DNA of 64,000 nt, taken from positions 924-64,923 of the forward strand of contig JAJEIA010000073.1 in the NCBI GenBank assembly GCA_022823505.1. The letters are read 5' to 3'. Under the pieces are notes generated by a model. The model made no database searches, was not told the origin of the DNA, and saw only the letters and a list, made by a program, of their open reading frames with translations. Shown in pieces: positions 29,021-38,488 of this stretch; the stretch's first letter is position 1; every line of letters starts with the position of its first letter. The DNA comes from Dehalococcoidia bacterium (lineage in GTDB: Bacteria > Chloroflexota > Dehalococcoidia > Lucifugimonadales > UBA3495). The position numbers and the translations under genes were made by a program.

Positions 29021-31027
29021 CTAGGCGCCGGCGACCGCCATCATCTTCTCCTCGGTGACGATGATGTTCTTCAGTTCCAGCATCTCGTCCCGCAGGTGCG
29101 CCGCCTTCTCGAACTCCAGGGAGCGGGCGGCTTCCTTCATCTGGAACTCCAGGTCCTTGATCACCCGGTACATGTCGTCCCGCGACATCTCTTCCCGCGC
29201 TGCCTGGTAGGAGGCCTTGGTCTCCGCCACGCCGCGCAAGCCCTCGGTGATGTCCCGCACCGCCTTGTGGATCGACTGCGGCTCGATGCCGTGACGCTCG
29301 TTGTGCGCCCCTTGAATCGCCCGCCGGCGGTACGTCTCGTCGATGGCGTTCTGCATCGAGTCGGTGACCCGGTCGGCGTACATGACCACGTGTCCGGAGG
29401 CGTGGCGCGCAGCCCGGCCCACGGTCTGGATCAACGAGGTGGTCGAGCGCAGGTAGCCCTCCTTGTCGGCGTCCAGGATCGCCACCAGGCTCACCTCGGG
29501 CAGGTCCAGGCCCTCCCGCAGCAGGTTGATGCCTACGACCACGTCGTAGACGCCCAGGCGCAGGTCGCGCAGTATCTCCACCCGGTTCAGGGTCTCGATG
29601 TCCGAGTGCAGATAGTGGTTGCGGATGCCCATCTCCGACAGAAAATCCGCCAGCTCCTCCGCCATCCGTTTGGTCAGGGTGGTTACCAGTACGCGTTCCT
29701 GCTGTTCCACCCGCTGGCGAATTTCGTGCAGCAGGTCGTCGATCTGACCGTCCGTGGGCTTGACCTGTATGGTCGGGTCCAGCAGCCCGGTGGGGCGGAT
29801 GACCTGCTCCACAATGGTGCTGGTACGCTCCAATTCCAGCGGTCCTGGAGTCGCGGACACGTACACCACCTGGTTGATGTGGTCCTCGAACTCCTTGAAG
29901 TGCAGCGGCCGGTTGTCCAGCGCCGACGGCAACCGGAAACCGAACTCCACCAGCGTCGTCTTGCGTGAGATGTCGCCGTTGTACATCCCCCGCACCTGCG
30001 GCAGCGTCATGTGGGACTCGTCGACGAACATCAGGAAGTCGTCGGGAAAATAGTCCAGCAGCGTCCACGGCGGGCTGCCGGCGGGTCGCCGCGACAGGTG
30101 TCGCGCGTAGTTCTCCACCCCGGCGCAGAAACCCGTTTCATCCAGCATTTCCATGTCGTACCGGGTGCGCTGCTCCAGCCGCTGGGCCTCCAGTAATTTC
30201 CCCTGCTGCCGGAACCAGTCCACCTGCTCCTTCATCTCGGCATCGATGTCGATCAGGGCCGCGTCCAGTTTCTCGCGACTGGTCACGAAGTGTTTGGCCG
30301 GGTAGATGGAAAACTCGCTCCGCTCGTTCAGAACCTCGCCGGTCAGCGTGTCCAGGGTCAGGATCCGCTCCACTTCGTCCCCGAAGAACTGGATCCGAAC
30401 GGCGAATTCCTCGTAGGCCGGCACTATTTCGAGCGTGTCGCCCCGCACGGTGAAGCGGCCGCGCGCCAGGTCGGTGTCGTTGCGCTCGTACTGCATATCG
30501 ATCAACTGGCGCAGCAACGCCCGGCGGTTGTATTCTTCGCCCACTTCCACCCGGGCCACCATCTCAAAGTAGTCCGAGGGGTCGCCGAGACCGTAGATGC
30601 ACGACACGGAGGCCACGATCAGGGTATCGCGGCGCGTGAGCAACGACGTGGTGGATGCCAGACGCAGCTTGTCCAGTTCTTCGTTGACGCTGCTGTCCTT
30701 TTCGATGTAGGTGTCCGTGCGCGGGATGTACGCTTCCGGCTGGTAGTAATCATAGTAGGAGACGAAGTACTCCACGGCGTTGTGCGGGAAGAACTCCTTG
30801 AACTCCGTCGCCAACTGCGCCGCCAGCGTCTTGTTGTGCGCGATGACGATGGTCGGACGCTGCACCTCCTGCACAATGTTCGCCATCGTGAAGGTCTTGC
30901 CGCTGCCGGTGACGCCTAAAAGCGTCTGGTATCCCAGGCCCTCGCGCACGCCGGCGGACAGTTTCTGCACGGCCTGTTCCTGGTCGCCCATCATGCCGAA
31001 ATCCGCGACCAACTGAAAGTCAGGCAT
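29021..31027 (-). CDS. uvrB: excinuclease ABC subunit B
   Basis: 668 aa. GVTGSGKT, beta-hairpin region, helicase motifs, C-terminal UVR domain ([17 protein letters not shown]). Confidence 0.97.
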   Translation of the reverse strand: MPDFQLVADFGMMGDQEQAVQKLSAGVREGLGYQTLLGVTGSGKTFTMANIVQEVQRPTIVIAHNKTLAAQLATEFKEFFPHNAVEYFVSYYDYYQPEAYIPRTDTYIEKDSSVNEELDKLRLASTTSLLTRRDTLIVASVSCIYGLGDPSDYFEMVARVEVGEEYNRRALLRQLIDMQYERNDTDLARGRFTVRGDTLEIVPAYEEFAVRIQFFGDEVERILTLDTLTGEVLNERSEFSIYPAKHFVTSREKLDAALIDIDAEMKEQVDWFRQQGKLLEAQRLEQRTRYDMEMLDETGFCAGVENYARHLSRRPAGSPPWTLLDYFPDDFLMFVDESHMTLPQVRGMYNGDISRKTTLVEFGFRLPSALDNRPLHFKEFEDHINQVVYVSATPGPLELERTSTIVEQVIRPTGLLDPTIQVKPTDGQIDDLLHEIRQRVEQQERVLVTTLTKRMAEELADFLSEMGIRNHYLHSDIETLNRVEILRDLRLGVYDVVVGINLLREGLDLPEVSLVAILDADKEGYLRSTTSLIQTVGRAARHASGHVVMYADRVTDSMQNAIDETYRRRAIQGAHNERHGIEPQSIHKAVRDITEGLRGVAETKASYQAAREEMSRDDMYRVIKDLEFQMKEAARSLEFEKAAHLRDEMLELKNIIVTEEKMMAVAGA

Positions 31028-31116
31028 GGTTCCTCCGCTCGATCACTCTGCGCCGTAGCTCTTTTGCGATTCGGTCGGCCGACCCGACCACGTCGTTCGA
31101 ATTATAAGGCATCGCC

Positions 31117-31704
31117 CTACCCGCCCCCGATGGACAGCAAAGCCTGCCGCACCTTGTCCTCTACCGCAGCATCGGACGGCAACTCCAGACCAGCCACCGC
31201 CTGCCGAGCGTCGGCCAGCGTCATGCCCAGGGCAGTCAACGCCTCCACGGCCTCGGCGTCGGTGCCCGCCGCGGCCGCCAGAACCGGAGACCCCGCATCG
31301 GCGTCCGGGAGTTTGCCTCGCAATTCCAGCACGACCCGTTGCGCAGTGAGGCGCCCGACCCCTTGGGCCCGGGCCAGCGCCGCCACGTCCTCGGACGCCA
31401 CCGCCTGCCGGAATCCGTCCTCGCCCAACTCTGACAGGATGGACATCGCGGAGCGGGGCCCGATGCCGGAGACGGCGGTCAGCGCGCCAAACAACTCCAC
31501 CGAACCGGCCTCGGCAAATCCATAGAGCACCGGCTGTTCGTTCTGGATGCGAAGGATCGTATGTAACCGGACCTGCTCGCCTACACCGCCCAAGCCGGCG
31601 ATTGATGATGCGGGCACTGACACCTGCAGAGTGACGCCGCCGACCTGCACGTTGACCCAGTCCGGCCCGACGGCCTCCAGCGCGCCCCGCACGCCGACCA
31701 ACAC
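31117..31704 (-). CDS. ruvA: Holliday junction branch migration complex subunit RuvA
   Basis: 195 aa. OB domain plus HhH motifs (LTAVSGIGPRSAMSIL). Directly downstream of ruvC. Confidence 0.9.
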   Translation of the reverse strand: MLVGVRGALEAVGPDWVNVQVGGVTLQVSVPASSIAGLGGVGEQVRLHTILRIQNEQPVLYGFAEAGSVELFGALTAVSGIGPRSAMSILSELGEDGFRQAVASEDVAALARAQGVGRLTAQRVVLELRGKLPDADAGSPVLAAAAGTDAEAVEALTALGMTLADARQAVAGLELPSDAAVEDKVRQALLSIGGG

Positions 31705-31707
31705 TTT

Positions 31708-32229
31708 CTAGAGTTCCTGTCCGGGCGTTATTTCGCGAGCCGCCAGGTCGTTGCCGTCGATGGTCAGCAGGTGGCAGAGCCCCACGGCCAGCGCATCGGC
31801 GGCGTCCGAGTCGGGCACGTCGGTCAGACCCAGGCGGGATACGGTCATCCGCTGCACCTGGTCCTTGGTGGCCGCGCCGTAGTCGGCCACCACGCGCTTC
31901 ACGTTTGCCGGCGAATACCGGTGGATCGGGATCCCCTGGCTGGCCGCGCCGATCAGCACCACCGCCTGCGCCTGCCCGATGGCCAGCGCGGATTTCGCGA
32001 ATGATCGCTCGCCACGGCCCACGAACGGGTCTTCAACCGCGATGGCGTCCGGCTGAAACACGTGGATCATGTTGAGGATGTGGGTGTGCAGTTGGTACAA
32101 CCGCTGCTCGATGGGCATTTCGCGTCGCATCGGCACCACGCCGTAATCGTCCGCTTCCGGAGCCGGCTCGGCATCCAGCACGGCATACCCCATGCGCAGC
32201 GTGCCCGGATCAATGGCCAGGACGCGCAT
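31708..32229 (-). CDS. ruvC: crossover junction endodeoxyribonuclease RuvC
   Basis: MRVLAIDPGT...GYAVL, DAADALAVGLCH motifs. Confidence 0.92.
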   Translation of the reverse strand: MRVLAIDPGTLRMGYAVLDAEPAPEADDYGVVPMRREMPIEQRLYQLHTHILNMIHVFQPDAIAVEDPFVGRGERSFAKSALAIGQAQAVVLIGAASQGIPIHRYSPANVKRVVADYGAATKDQVQRMTVSRLGLTDVPDSDAADALAVGLCHLLTIDGNDLAAREITPGQEL

Positions 32230-32996
32230 CAGGCGGCGGACCCGTAGCGTTCCAGCACTTCCGCTGGGAAATCCGCGTTGGTATACGCCTTCTGGACGTC
32301 CGCCAGCTCTTCGAGGCTGTCCAGCAGTCTCAGCGTCTGCTCGGCCGCCCTGTCCTCAAGCGGCACCACCGTCTTCGGCACCATCGACACGTCGGCAGAC
32401 GACGGCTGCGCTCCCTCGCCCTCCAGGGCAGTCTTGACCGACAGCAGGTTCTCCGGAGCGGTGTAAACCTCCAGGATGCCGTCCTCGAAATTCACGTCCT
32501 CGGCTTCGGCGTCGATCGCCGTCATGATCAACCCTTCGGCCACCGCCTCATCAGCGATTTCCAGAGTGATCAGCCCGCGGCTGTCAAAGTTCCAGGCGAC
32601 ACAGCCCGCCTCGCCCAGGTTCCCGCCGCCCTTGTTGAACGCCGACCGCACTTCCGATGCCGTGCGGTTGCGGTTGGTGGTAAGTGCCTTGACGAGAATC
32701 GCCCCACCGCTGGGGCCGTACCCCTCGTAGGTGACCTCCGCCAGGTCCTCCATACCCTCCCCGCCTTCGCCGGTGGCCCGGCGGATGGCGCGAGTGATGC
32801 TGTCCTGCGGCATGTTGTTGGACTTGGCCTGGTCGATGGCGATGCGCAACCGGAAGTTCATATCGGGGTCGCCGCCGCCGCCCTCCTTCACCGCCAGGGA
32901 TATGTTGCGTGCCAGCTTCGTGAACAGCGCGCCGCGCTTGGCGTCAGCCGCCCCCTTGGCCCGTTTGATCGTCGACCACTTGGAATGTCCGGACAT
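32229..32996 (-). CDS. yebC: YebC/PmpR family DNA-binding transcriptional regulator
   Basis: MSGHSKWSTIKRAKGAADAKRGALFTKL is the invariant YebC N-terminus. Confidence 0.95.
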   Translation of the reverse strand: MSGHSKWSTIKRAKGAADAKRGALFTKLARNISLAVKEGGGGDPDMNFRLRIAIDQAKSNNMPQDSITRAIRRATGEGGEGMEDLAEVTYEGYGPSGGAILVKALTTNRNRTASEVRSAFNKGGGNLGEAGCVAWNFDSRGLITLEIADEAVAEGLIMTAIDAEAEDVNFEDGILEVYTAPENLLSVKTALEGEGAQPSSADVSMVPKTVVPLEDRAAEQTLRLLDSLEELADVQKAYTNADFPAEVLERYGSAA

Positions 32997-33153
32997 TTCT
33001 CACCTCCTTGACGTACCCCGTCCCATCTCGCTTCTACGGAGACTGGTGTCCGAGCGGATGCTCCACCGCATCCCGATCTACTTATAATGCGTGGTCGCTT
33101 GATTTTAGCATCGCGGCGTTTAACCGGTCAAAACGACATCGCATACCTGATTC

Positions 33154-34542
33154 ATGGCAACTACCGAGCAATCCACGCGCCAGGTCGACGCCATGGGCAC
33201 CGCGCCCATGTGGCGCCTGCTGTTGCAGATGGCCTTCCCGCCCACGTTCGCCATCATCGTGATGGCGCTGTACAGCATCGTTGATCGCGCCTTCATCGGC
33301 AACGTCGTCGGGGTGAACGCGCTGAGCGGCCTGTCCGCCGCATTCCCCGTGCAGATTGCGGCTGTCGCCATCGGCCTGCTGCCCGGCCTGGGCGCGATGT
33401 CGGTGGTATCCCGGGCCCTGGGCGCCCGCGACCCACGCCGGGCGTCCCGAGCCATCGGTTCGTCGCTGGCGATCCTGGTCCCCGTCTACCTCGTCGCCAC
33501 CATCGCCGGCCTGACCAACCTGGATCAGATGGCGATCTGGATGGGAGCGTCGGAGCACACCGTCGAATTCGCCCACCAGTACCTGGTCATCATCCTGCCC
33601 GGCAGCCTGTTCACCATGATTGCCATCGCCGTCAACAACCTGCTGATGGCCGAGGGCCGGCCGGGTACGGCGACCGTGGTGCTGGCCGGCGGGGCGGTCC
33701 TCAACGTCATCCTGGATGCGCTGTTCATCCTGGTGCTGGGCTGGGGCGTTACCGGGGCCGCCGCCGCCACGGTTTCCGCTCAGGGTGGAGCCGTTCTTTT
33801 CGCCGTCTGGTTCTACCTGTCCGGCCGCAGCGCCCTGCGGATCAGCGTGGACGCACTGATCCCGCGGTTGGGGCTGGTCCGGGAGATAACCGCCCTGGGC
33901 ATTCCGATTTTCATCATCGAACTCGCCCGATCCGTCGTCGTCGTGGTCATCAACAACATCCTGAGCCAGTATCCGGGCGGCGACGGCTACATTGCGTTGT
34001 TCGGCGTAATCAACGCCGTGCTTGAGTTCGCCCTGGCGCCCTTCATCGGCGCTGCTTTGGCCTACCTTCCGCTGGCCGCGTACAACTACGGCGCTGGCTA
34101 TTACCACCGGGTTCGCCAGGCCATTTGGCAGAGTTGCCTGGGAGCGACCGTTGGCGGCGCGATCATGGTTGCCGTCCTCCTGCCGACGGCCGGTTACATT
34201 GTCACCCTCTTCGCAACCCGCCAGGGGTTGCCGCCTGAATCCGGCGGTGCGCTCCGCGTCGCCCTGCTCGCCCTGCCCATCGTCGGTATCGAATTCATCA
34301 GCTCCATCGCGTTCCAGGCCCTCGGCATGGCCTGGCCTTCAGTCGTGCTCACGATGGCGCAGCGCGTGGTGCTGCTGCTGGCGTGGGTCTTCGGCCTGTC
34401 TCACGTCTTCGGCGTATGGGGAGTCTGGTGGTCGTTCCCGGCCACCGACCTGGGAGCGATGCTCCTTGGCCTCGCCGCCCTCATCCTCGTGTGGAAGCGA
34501 GTGGACGACTGGGGCCGGCACGCCACCCGCCGCCGATTTTGA
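33154..34542 (+). CDS. MATE family efflux transporter
   Basis: 462 aa, 12 predicted hydrophobic helices. N-terminal ...MWRLLLQMAFPPTFAIIVMALYSIVDRAFIG is typical of MatE. Confidence 0.88.
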   Translation: MATTEQSTRQVDAMGTAPMWRLLLQMAFPPTFAIIVMALYSIVDRAFIGNVVGVNALSGLSAAFPVQIAAVAIGLLPGLGAMSVVSRALGARDPRRASRAIGSSLAILVPVYLVATIAGLTNLDQMAIWMGASEHTVEFAHQYLVIILPGSLFTMIAIAVNNLLMAEGRPGTATVVLAGGAVLNVILDALFILVLGWGVTGAAAATVSAQGGAVLFAVWFYLSGRSALRISVDALIPRLGLVREITALGIPIFIIELARSVVVVVINNILSQYPGGDGYIALFGVINAVLEFALAPFIGAALAYLPLAAYNYGAGYYHRVRQAIWQSCLGATVGGAIMVAVLLPTAGYIVTLFATRQGLPPESGGALRVALLALPIVGIEFISSIAFQALGMAWPSVVLTMAQRVVLLLAWVFGLSHVFGVWGVWWSFPATDLGAMLLGLAALILVWKRVDDWGRHATRRRF

Positions 34543-34619
34543 CATCCCCCGATCGCGGCAGTAGCATTACGCTGAACAGTTGATACCACGTGTTTCACGC
34601 TGGCTCAGGAGGCCATGCC

Positions 34620-35078
34620 ATGGCTATGAATTCCAGTGGCGTTTCCCATATCGCCGTTTGCGTCCGCGACCTGGACGAATCGCTTAAGTTCTACCGCGAC
34701 ATCCTGGGTATGACCGTCACCGTCGATCGCGTCCAGGACACCTCTACCGGGGGCCTGCCCCACGTCTATGCGCACAACCGGTCCACCCGCCGCCAGGCCA
34801 TCCTGTCATACGGTGATGGCGCAGTCCCCACCCTGGTCATGACCAGCCACCCCGGCGACGATGCCGACGGCTCTGCCATCAAGCTGGACCAGGTGGGAAT
34901 CAGCCACATCTCGTTCAGCGTGCCCGACGTCAAGGCCCTGGCCGATGATCTGATCGCCGCCGGCGTGGAACTGGCCGGCCCCATGGACGGCTTCACCAAC
35001 GCCGACGGCGAGGTGTCCAGCATCTTCGTGTATGACCCCGACGGCATCCTGGTGCAGTTCGACAGCGGCGGAGGCTGA
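34620..35078 (+). CDS. VOC (glyoxalase/bleomycin-resistance/dioxygenase) family protein, copy 1
   Basis: ATG 34620 lies 7 nt after AGGAGG. VSHIAVCVRDLDESLKFYRDILGM...ISHISFSV...DPDGILVQF. Confidence 0.85.
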   Translation: MAMNSSGVSHIAVCVRDLDESLKFYRDILGMTVTVDRVQDTSTGGLPHVYAHNRSTRRQAILSYGDGAVPTLVMTSHPGDDADGSAIKLDQVGISHISFSVPDVKALADDLIAAGVELAGPMDGFTNADGEVSSIFVYDPDGILVQFDSGGG

Positions 35079-35130
35079 TCAACCGGCCACCGGATAGCAA
35101 TTCCGTAACCGCGACCAAGGAGATTTCGCC

Positions 35131-35583
35131 ATGCCGATGAACGCCACCGGCGTTTCCCACATCGCAATCTGCGTCAGGGACCTGGACGAATCGCTGAAGT
35201 TCTACTGTGACGCGCTGGGCATGTCCATCGTCAGCGACGTCATACAGGACACCACCACCGGCGGATTGCCCCACGTCTACGCCCACCGCCGGGCCACCCG
35301 TCGCCAGGTGCGCCTCGCCTATTCCGACGGCGCCAAGCCCACCCTGACCATGACCAGCCACCCGGGCGAAAATCCGGATGGAACACCCATCAAGTTGGAC
35401 CAGGTTGGCATCAGCCATATCTCCTTCAGCGTGCCGGACCCGAAAGCGCTTGCCGATAACCTGGCCGCCCGGGGCGTCTCCCTGGCCGCCCCGATGGACG
35501 TATGGACCAACCCCGAGGGGCGGGTAAGTAGCTTCTACGTTTACGACCCGGACGGCATCCTGGTCCAGTTCGACGCCGGCTGA
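35131..35583 (+). CDS. VOC family protein, copy 2 (tandem paralogue)
   Basis: Roughly two-thirds of residues identical to copy 1 by eye, with clear DNA-level similarity in the N-terminal region. AAGGAG lies before ATG. Confidence 0.85.
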   Translation: MPMNATGVSHIAICVRDLDESLKFYCDALGMSIVSDVIQDTTTGGLPHVYAHRRATRRQVRLAYSDGAKPTLTMTSHPGENPDGTPIKLDQVGISHISFSVPDPKALADNLAARGVSLAAPMDVWTNPEGRVSSFYVYDPDGILVQFDAG

Positions 35584-35650
35584 TCACTCCCGGGTGCCGC
35601 CCTCCGGCATCCGGGGTGCCCGTGCCTGGGAAATGGGACCAAGGACAATC

Positions 35651-36121
35651 ATGGATAGCGGAACGCCCCAAATCACACCCTTCCTGTGGCTGGACGGCTG
35701 CGCGAGCGAGGCCGCACAATTCTACGTGTCGGTTTTTCGCGACTCCCGCATCGTCGACGACACGGCCCTGCCAGAAGGACCAGGCGCGGGTAGTCACGTG
35801 GTATCGTTCGTGATAAAAGACCAGCATTTCACCGCCTTTGATGGCATTCCCGCCTACGAGTTCACTCCGGCTGTTTCCTTCGTGGTCAACTGCGAGTCCC
35901 AGGAGGAGATCGACGAATATTGGGATCGGCTTGCCGAGGAAGGGTCCCCGATCCAGTGCGGGTGGATTCAGGACAAGTTCGGCGTACACTGGCAGATCAT
36001 CCCCGCCGAGCTGACGGCCATGATGCAGGACGATGCGCGCGCCACTGCCGTGATCAACGAAATGCTGACGATGGTAAAACTGGATTTGCCACGATTGCGG
36101 GCGGCCTACGAAAGCGCCTAA
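35651..36121 (+). CDS. VOC-superfamily PhnB-like protein (3-demethylubiquinone-9 3-methyltransferase-domain family)
   Basis: ITPFLWLDG..AEEAAQFYVSVF...FTAFDG...EIDEYWDRL...CGWIQDKFGVHWQI is typical of PF06983-type proteins. ATG 35651 preferred. Confidence 0.8.
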   Translation: MDSGTPQITPFLWLDGCASEAAQFYVSVFRDSRIVDDTALPEGPGAGSHVVSFVIKDQHFTAFDGIPAYEFTPAVSFVVNCESQEEIDEYWDRLAEEGSPIQCGWIQDKFGVHWQIIPAELTAMMQDDARATAVINEMLTMVKLDLPRLRAAYESA

Positions 36122-36130
36122 AGGATCATC

Positions 36131-36679
36131 ATGTCACACCATTACGACGAGCACGACCACGACAAGCTGGCCCGCTGGCGGACCGATCTGGCAAAGACCC
36201 CCGTCGATCCCGAGGGCTTCCCTGCGATGGCCTTGTTCCTGGTCAAACCCCAGGCCACCGGCGCCCATGAAATCTTCCGGCGCTACCGCACTGAGTTCGA
36301 AAAGCGCGACGCCAGCTTCGCCCATCTCGTCGTATTCGGGATGCACGGCGTGTCCGCCACCGTGCGCGGCCTGCTTGGCCAAGCCGGCCTATCCGAAGCT
36401 GACCTCCCAGTGATGATGCTGGCCCCGGCCGCCGATCCGTGCGCGGTTACCGCAGTTCGCCTCCCGGCCGGCGAAAGCATTGAGGGCGCCGACGATCCCA
36501 ACGGCGGTGGCACCTGCGATTACCTGGCCGCCTGGCAGGACGTTTTGGACCGCATCAGCATCACCAGGCCCGGCCGGCCCCTCCACCTCATGGGCGTCCA
36601 GGGCCAGAAGCTGGACGGGTTGGATATGCGCGAACTGGCGGGCGGCGCGCTGGGAAGGATAGCCGAAATCGCCCGATAA
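36131..36679 (+). CDS. hypothetical protein (182 aa)
   Basis: ORF 9 nt after the previous gene. GC3-rich codon pattern. No family recognised. Confidence 0.6.
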   Translation: MSHHYDEHDHDKLARWRTDLAKTPVDPEGFPAMALFLVKPQATGAHEIFRRYRTEFEKRDASFAHLVVFGMHGVSATVRGLLGQAGLSEADLPVMMLAPAADPCAVTAVRLPAGESIEGADDPNGGGTCDYLAAWQDVLDRISITRPGRPLHLMGVQGQKLDGLDMRELAGGALGRIAEIAR

Positions 36680-36835
36680 CGTTGACGCTCACGCGTACCC
36701 AGTTTTGTCATCGCGAGGGGCGCAGCGAAGTGGCGATCTCGTCCCGGTAACGGCGTTCGTCGTTCTTGCGAGATTGCCGCGCCGCGTTCGCAATGACAGT
36801 TCGTGTCAAACCGGGTAAGCGTGAGAGCATTGACG
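36680..36835. repeat. ~156-bp nested imperfect palindrome (MITE/REP-like element)
   Basis: Outer arms: CGTTGACGCTCACGCGTACCC (36680-36700) versus GGGTAAGCGTGAGAGCATTGACG (36813-36835). Inner arms: TGTCATCGCGAG (36706-36717) versus TTCGCAATGACA (36787-36798). GCGATCTCG and CGAGATTGC flank the centre. Confidence 0.6.
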
Positions 36836-36838
36836 CGG

Positions 36839-36868
36839 TTGACTGCGGTCACGCCCTGATGCTATCTT
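36839..36868 (+). promoter_or_regulatory. outward-facing promoter candidate at the right edge of the palindromic element
   Basis: TTGACT (36839-36844), 18 nt, TATCTT (36863-36868). Confidence 0.3.
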
Positions 36869-36906
36869 ATGTTTGCACCACCCATCGAGTATAACTCGAT
36901 GGATAG

Positions 36907-36933
36907 CAGCCCCTTCGGGGGCTGTTTCTTTTT
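36907..36933 (+). terminator. rho-independent terminator (UUCG tetraloop)
   Basis: CAGCCCC-ttcg-GGGGCTG followed by TTTCTTTTT. A second perfect 9-bp hairpin CCATCGAGT-ata-ACTCGATGG at 36882-36902 precedes it. Confidence 0.8.
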
Positions 36934-36935
36934 GA

Positions 36936-37550
36936 CTGCTGTGGAAACCGCGCGTATATGCTTACATCGATGGCTTCAACCTTTATCACGCCATCGATGC
37001 TCTAAACCGCCCGCACCTGAAGTGGGTAGACCTTTGGGCGCTAGTCGCATCATTTCTGCGGCAAGGCCAGCAACTAATCGAGGTCAATTACTATTCGGCG
37101 TACGCCACGTGGTTACCCGAGGAGTACGCGCGCCAACGCCAATTTACCGCAGCACTGAGGGCGAGTGGAGTACGCGTCCACATGAGCGATTTTACTACCC
37201 GCACACGCGTATGTTTCACTTGCGGAGCGTCTTGGCGTAGCCATGAAGAGAAGCAAACCGACGTGCGAATGGCCGTAGACCTGGTCGCGGGAGCATTGGA
37301 GGACAAGTTCGATATAGCGGTGGTAGTCACCGCGGACAGCGACCTCAGGCCTGCCGTGGAAAATGTTCGGTCAACCAGCGGTAAACGGTTACTGGTGATC
37401 GCTCCGCCTGGTAGATTTTCCCGTGCTCGTGACCTGCGACACAATATCGCCATCACGCGAGGCCGTATCTACGCGCACTTGTTGCCCCAAAAAGTGACCG
37501 TCGAAGGTCAGGTGGTAGCCACCCGACCCCCTCAATACGATCCCCCCTGA
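36936..37550 (+). CDS. NYN (LabA/PIN-like) domain nuclease; 5' end unresolved (no canonical in-frame start before the catalytic N-terminal Asp)
   Basis: The frame is open from the stop at 36933-36935. It translates LLWKPRVYAYIDGFNLYHA...EKQTDVRMAVDLV...VVTADSDLRPAV, which carries the NYN acidic residues. The first in-frame ATG is only at 37182, downstream of the DGFN motif. Confidence 0.6.
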   Translation: MLWKPRVYAYIDGFNLYHAIDALNRPHLKWVDLWALVASFLRQGQQLIEVNYYSAYATWLPEEYARQRQFTAALRASGVRVHMSDFTTRTRVCFTCGASWRSHEEKQTDVRMAVDLVAGALEDKFDIAVVVTADSDLRPAVENVRSTSGKRLLVIAPPGRFSRARDLRHNIAITRGRIYAHLLPQKVTVEGQVVATRPPQYDPP

Positions 37551-37557
37551 ATGCCAG

Positions 37558-38427
37558 CTACTGGCGTACCAGTTTCACCAGCCTCCGCCCTTCCTGGTTG
37601 TGGCCGATGTACAGGTCGCCGCGGGAGTCGGCCCACACCGCGTGGCCTCCTGCCCCGCCAATGTCCACTTTGGCCAGGACTTCGCCATCCATGTTCAGGA
37701 TGGTCATGAACGCGTCCAGCTCCACCACGTAGACGATGCCATCGTGGTCGACGAAAATGTCGCACGGGCGAGCCAGGTCGGTCCACATCCCCAGGTATTC
37801 TCCATCCCCGGTGAACAGCTGGATCCGGTTGTTCTCCCGGTCGCAGACCATCACCCGTCCGTCCCAGTGAACCCAGATGCCGTGCGGGATATGGAACTCC
37901 CCGGGACCGCGCTTGCCCGGCCGTCCCCACGAGTGCAGCAGCCGACCATCCGGGGAGAACTTGTGCACCCGGCTGTTGGCATAGCCATCCGACACAAAAA
38001 GGTCGCCGTTGGGCGCCAGCGCGATGTCCGTGCACCGATTGAACGGACCCGCGGCTTTCCACATCGTTCCATCCGGCCGGGCTCCGCCGGTATCGGACGG
38101 CGTGTCCCACATCCCCATGGTCATCAGCGGCTTGCCGTCCAGCGTGCATTTGACGATGGCGTGCGACTCGCGCACCGGCAGGTAGATGTGGTCCTCGCCG
38201 CTGATGTAGATCCCATGGGCGTCGGTCAAATATTCCCGCCCCCACTCACCCTGAAAATTGCCGTCCCGGTCGAAGACCATCAGCGGGTGATCGCCCCGAT
38301 TGAAAACGTACACCCGGTCCTGCGAATCGCATGCCGGCTCCGCCTGACCTATAGTCCATCCATCGGGCGTCTTCGCCCAATCGTCCACCACCTCGTAGGT
38401 GAAATCTCCGTTGCCTACCGTAGCCAT
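37558..38427 (-). CDS. NHL-repeat six-bladed beta-propeller protein (peptidyl-alpha-hydroxyglycine lyase-like)
   Basis: ATG 38427 lies 7 nt after AAGGAGG. Repeated ...D..G.(V/I)YV.D..N.R(I/V)..F... blades (VCDRENNRIQLF, YVVELD). Confidence 0.75.
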   Translation of the reverse strand: MATVGNGDFTYEVVDDWAKTPDGWTIGQAEPACDSQDRVYVFNRGDHPLMVFDRDGNFQGEWGREYLTDAHGIYISGEDHIYLPVRESHAIVKCTLDGKPLMTMGMWDTPSDTGGARPDGTMWKAAGPFNRCTDIALAPNGDLFVSDGYANSRVHKFSPDGRLLHSWGRPGKRGPGEFHIPHGIWVHWDGRVMVCDRENNRIQLFTGDGEYLGMWTDLARPCDIFVDHDGIVYVVELDAFMTILNMDGEVLAKVDIGGAGGHAVWADSRGDLYIGHNQEGRRLVKLVRQ

Positions 38428-38488
38428 CCTGGACCTCCTTTGTTCCTCCGCTCCCAATCGTCATTCCGGCGCAAGCCGGAATTCGGAC

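Noticed and set aside
36869-37240. 123-aa ORF spanning the hairpins, terminator and the NYN N-terminal region in another frame.
   Set aside because: It runs through a rho-independent terminator. It is out of frame with the clearly conserved NYN motifs and has no recognisable features.
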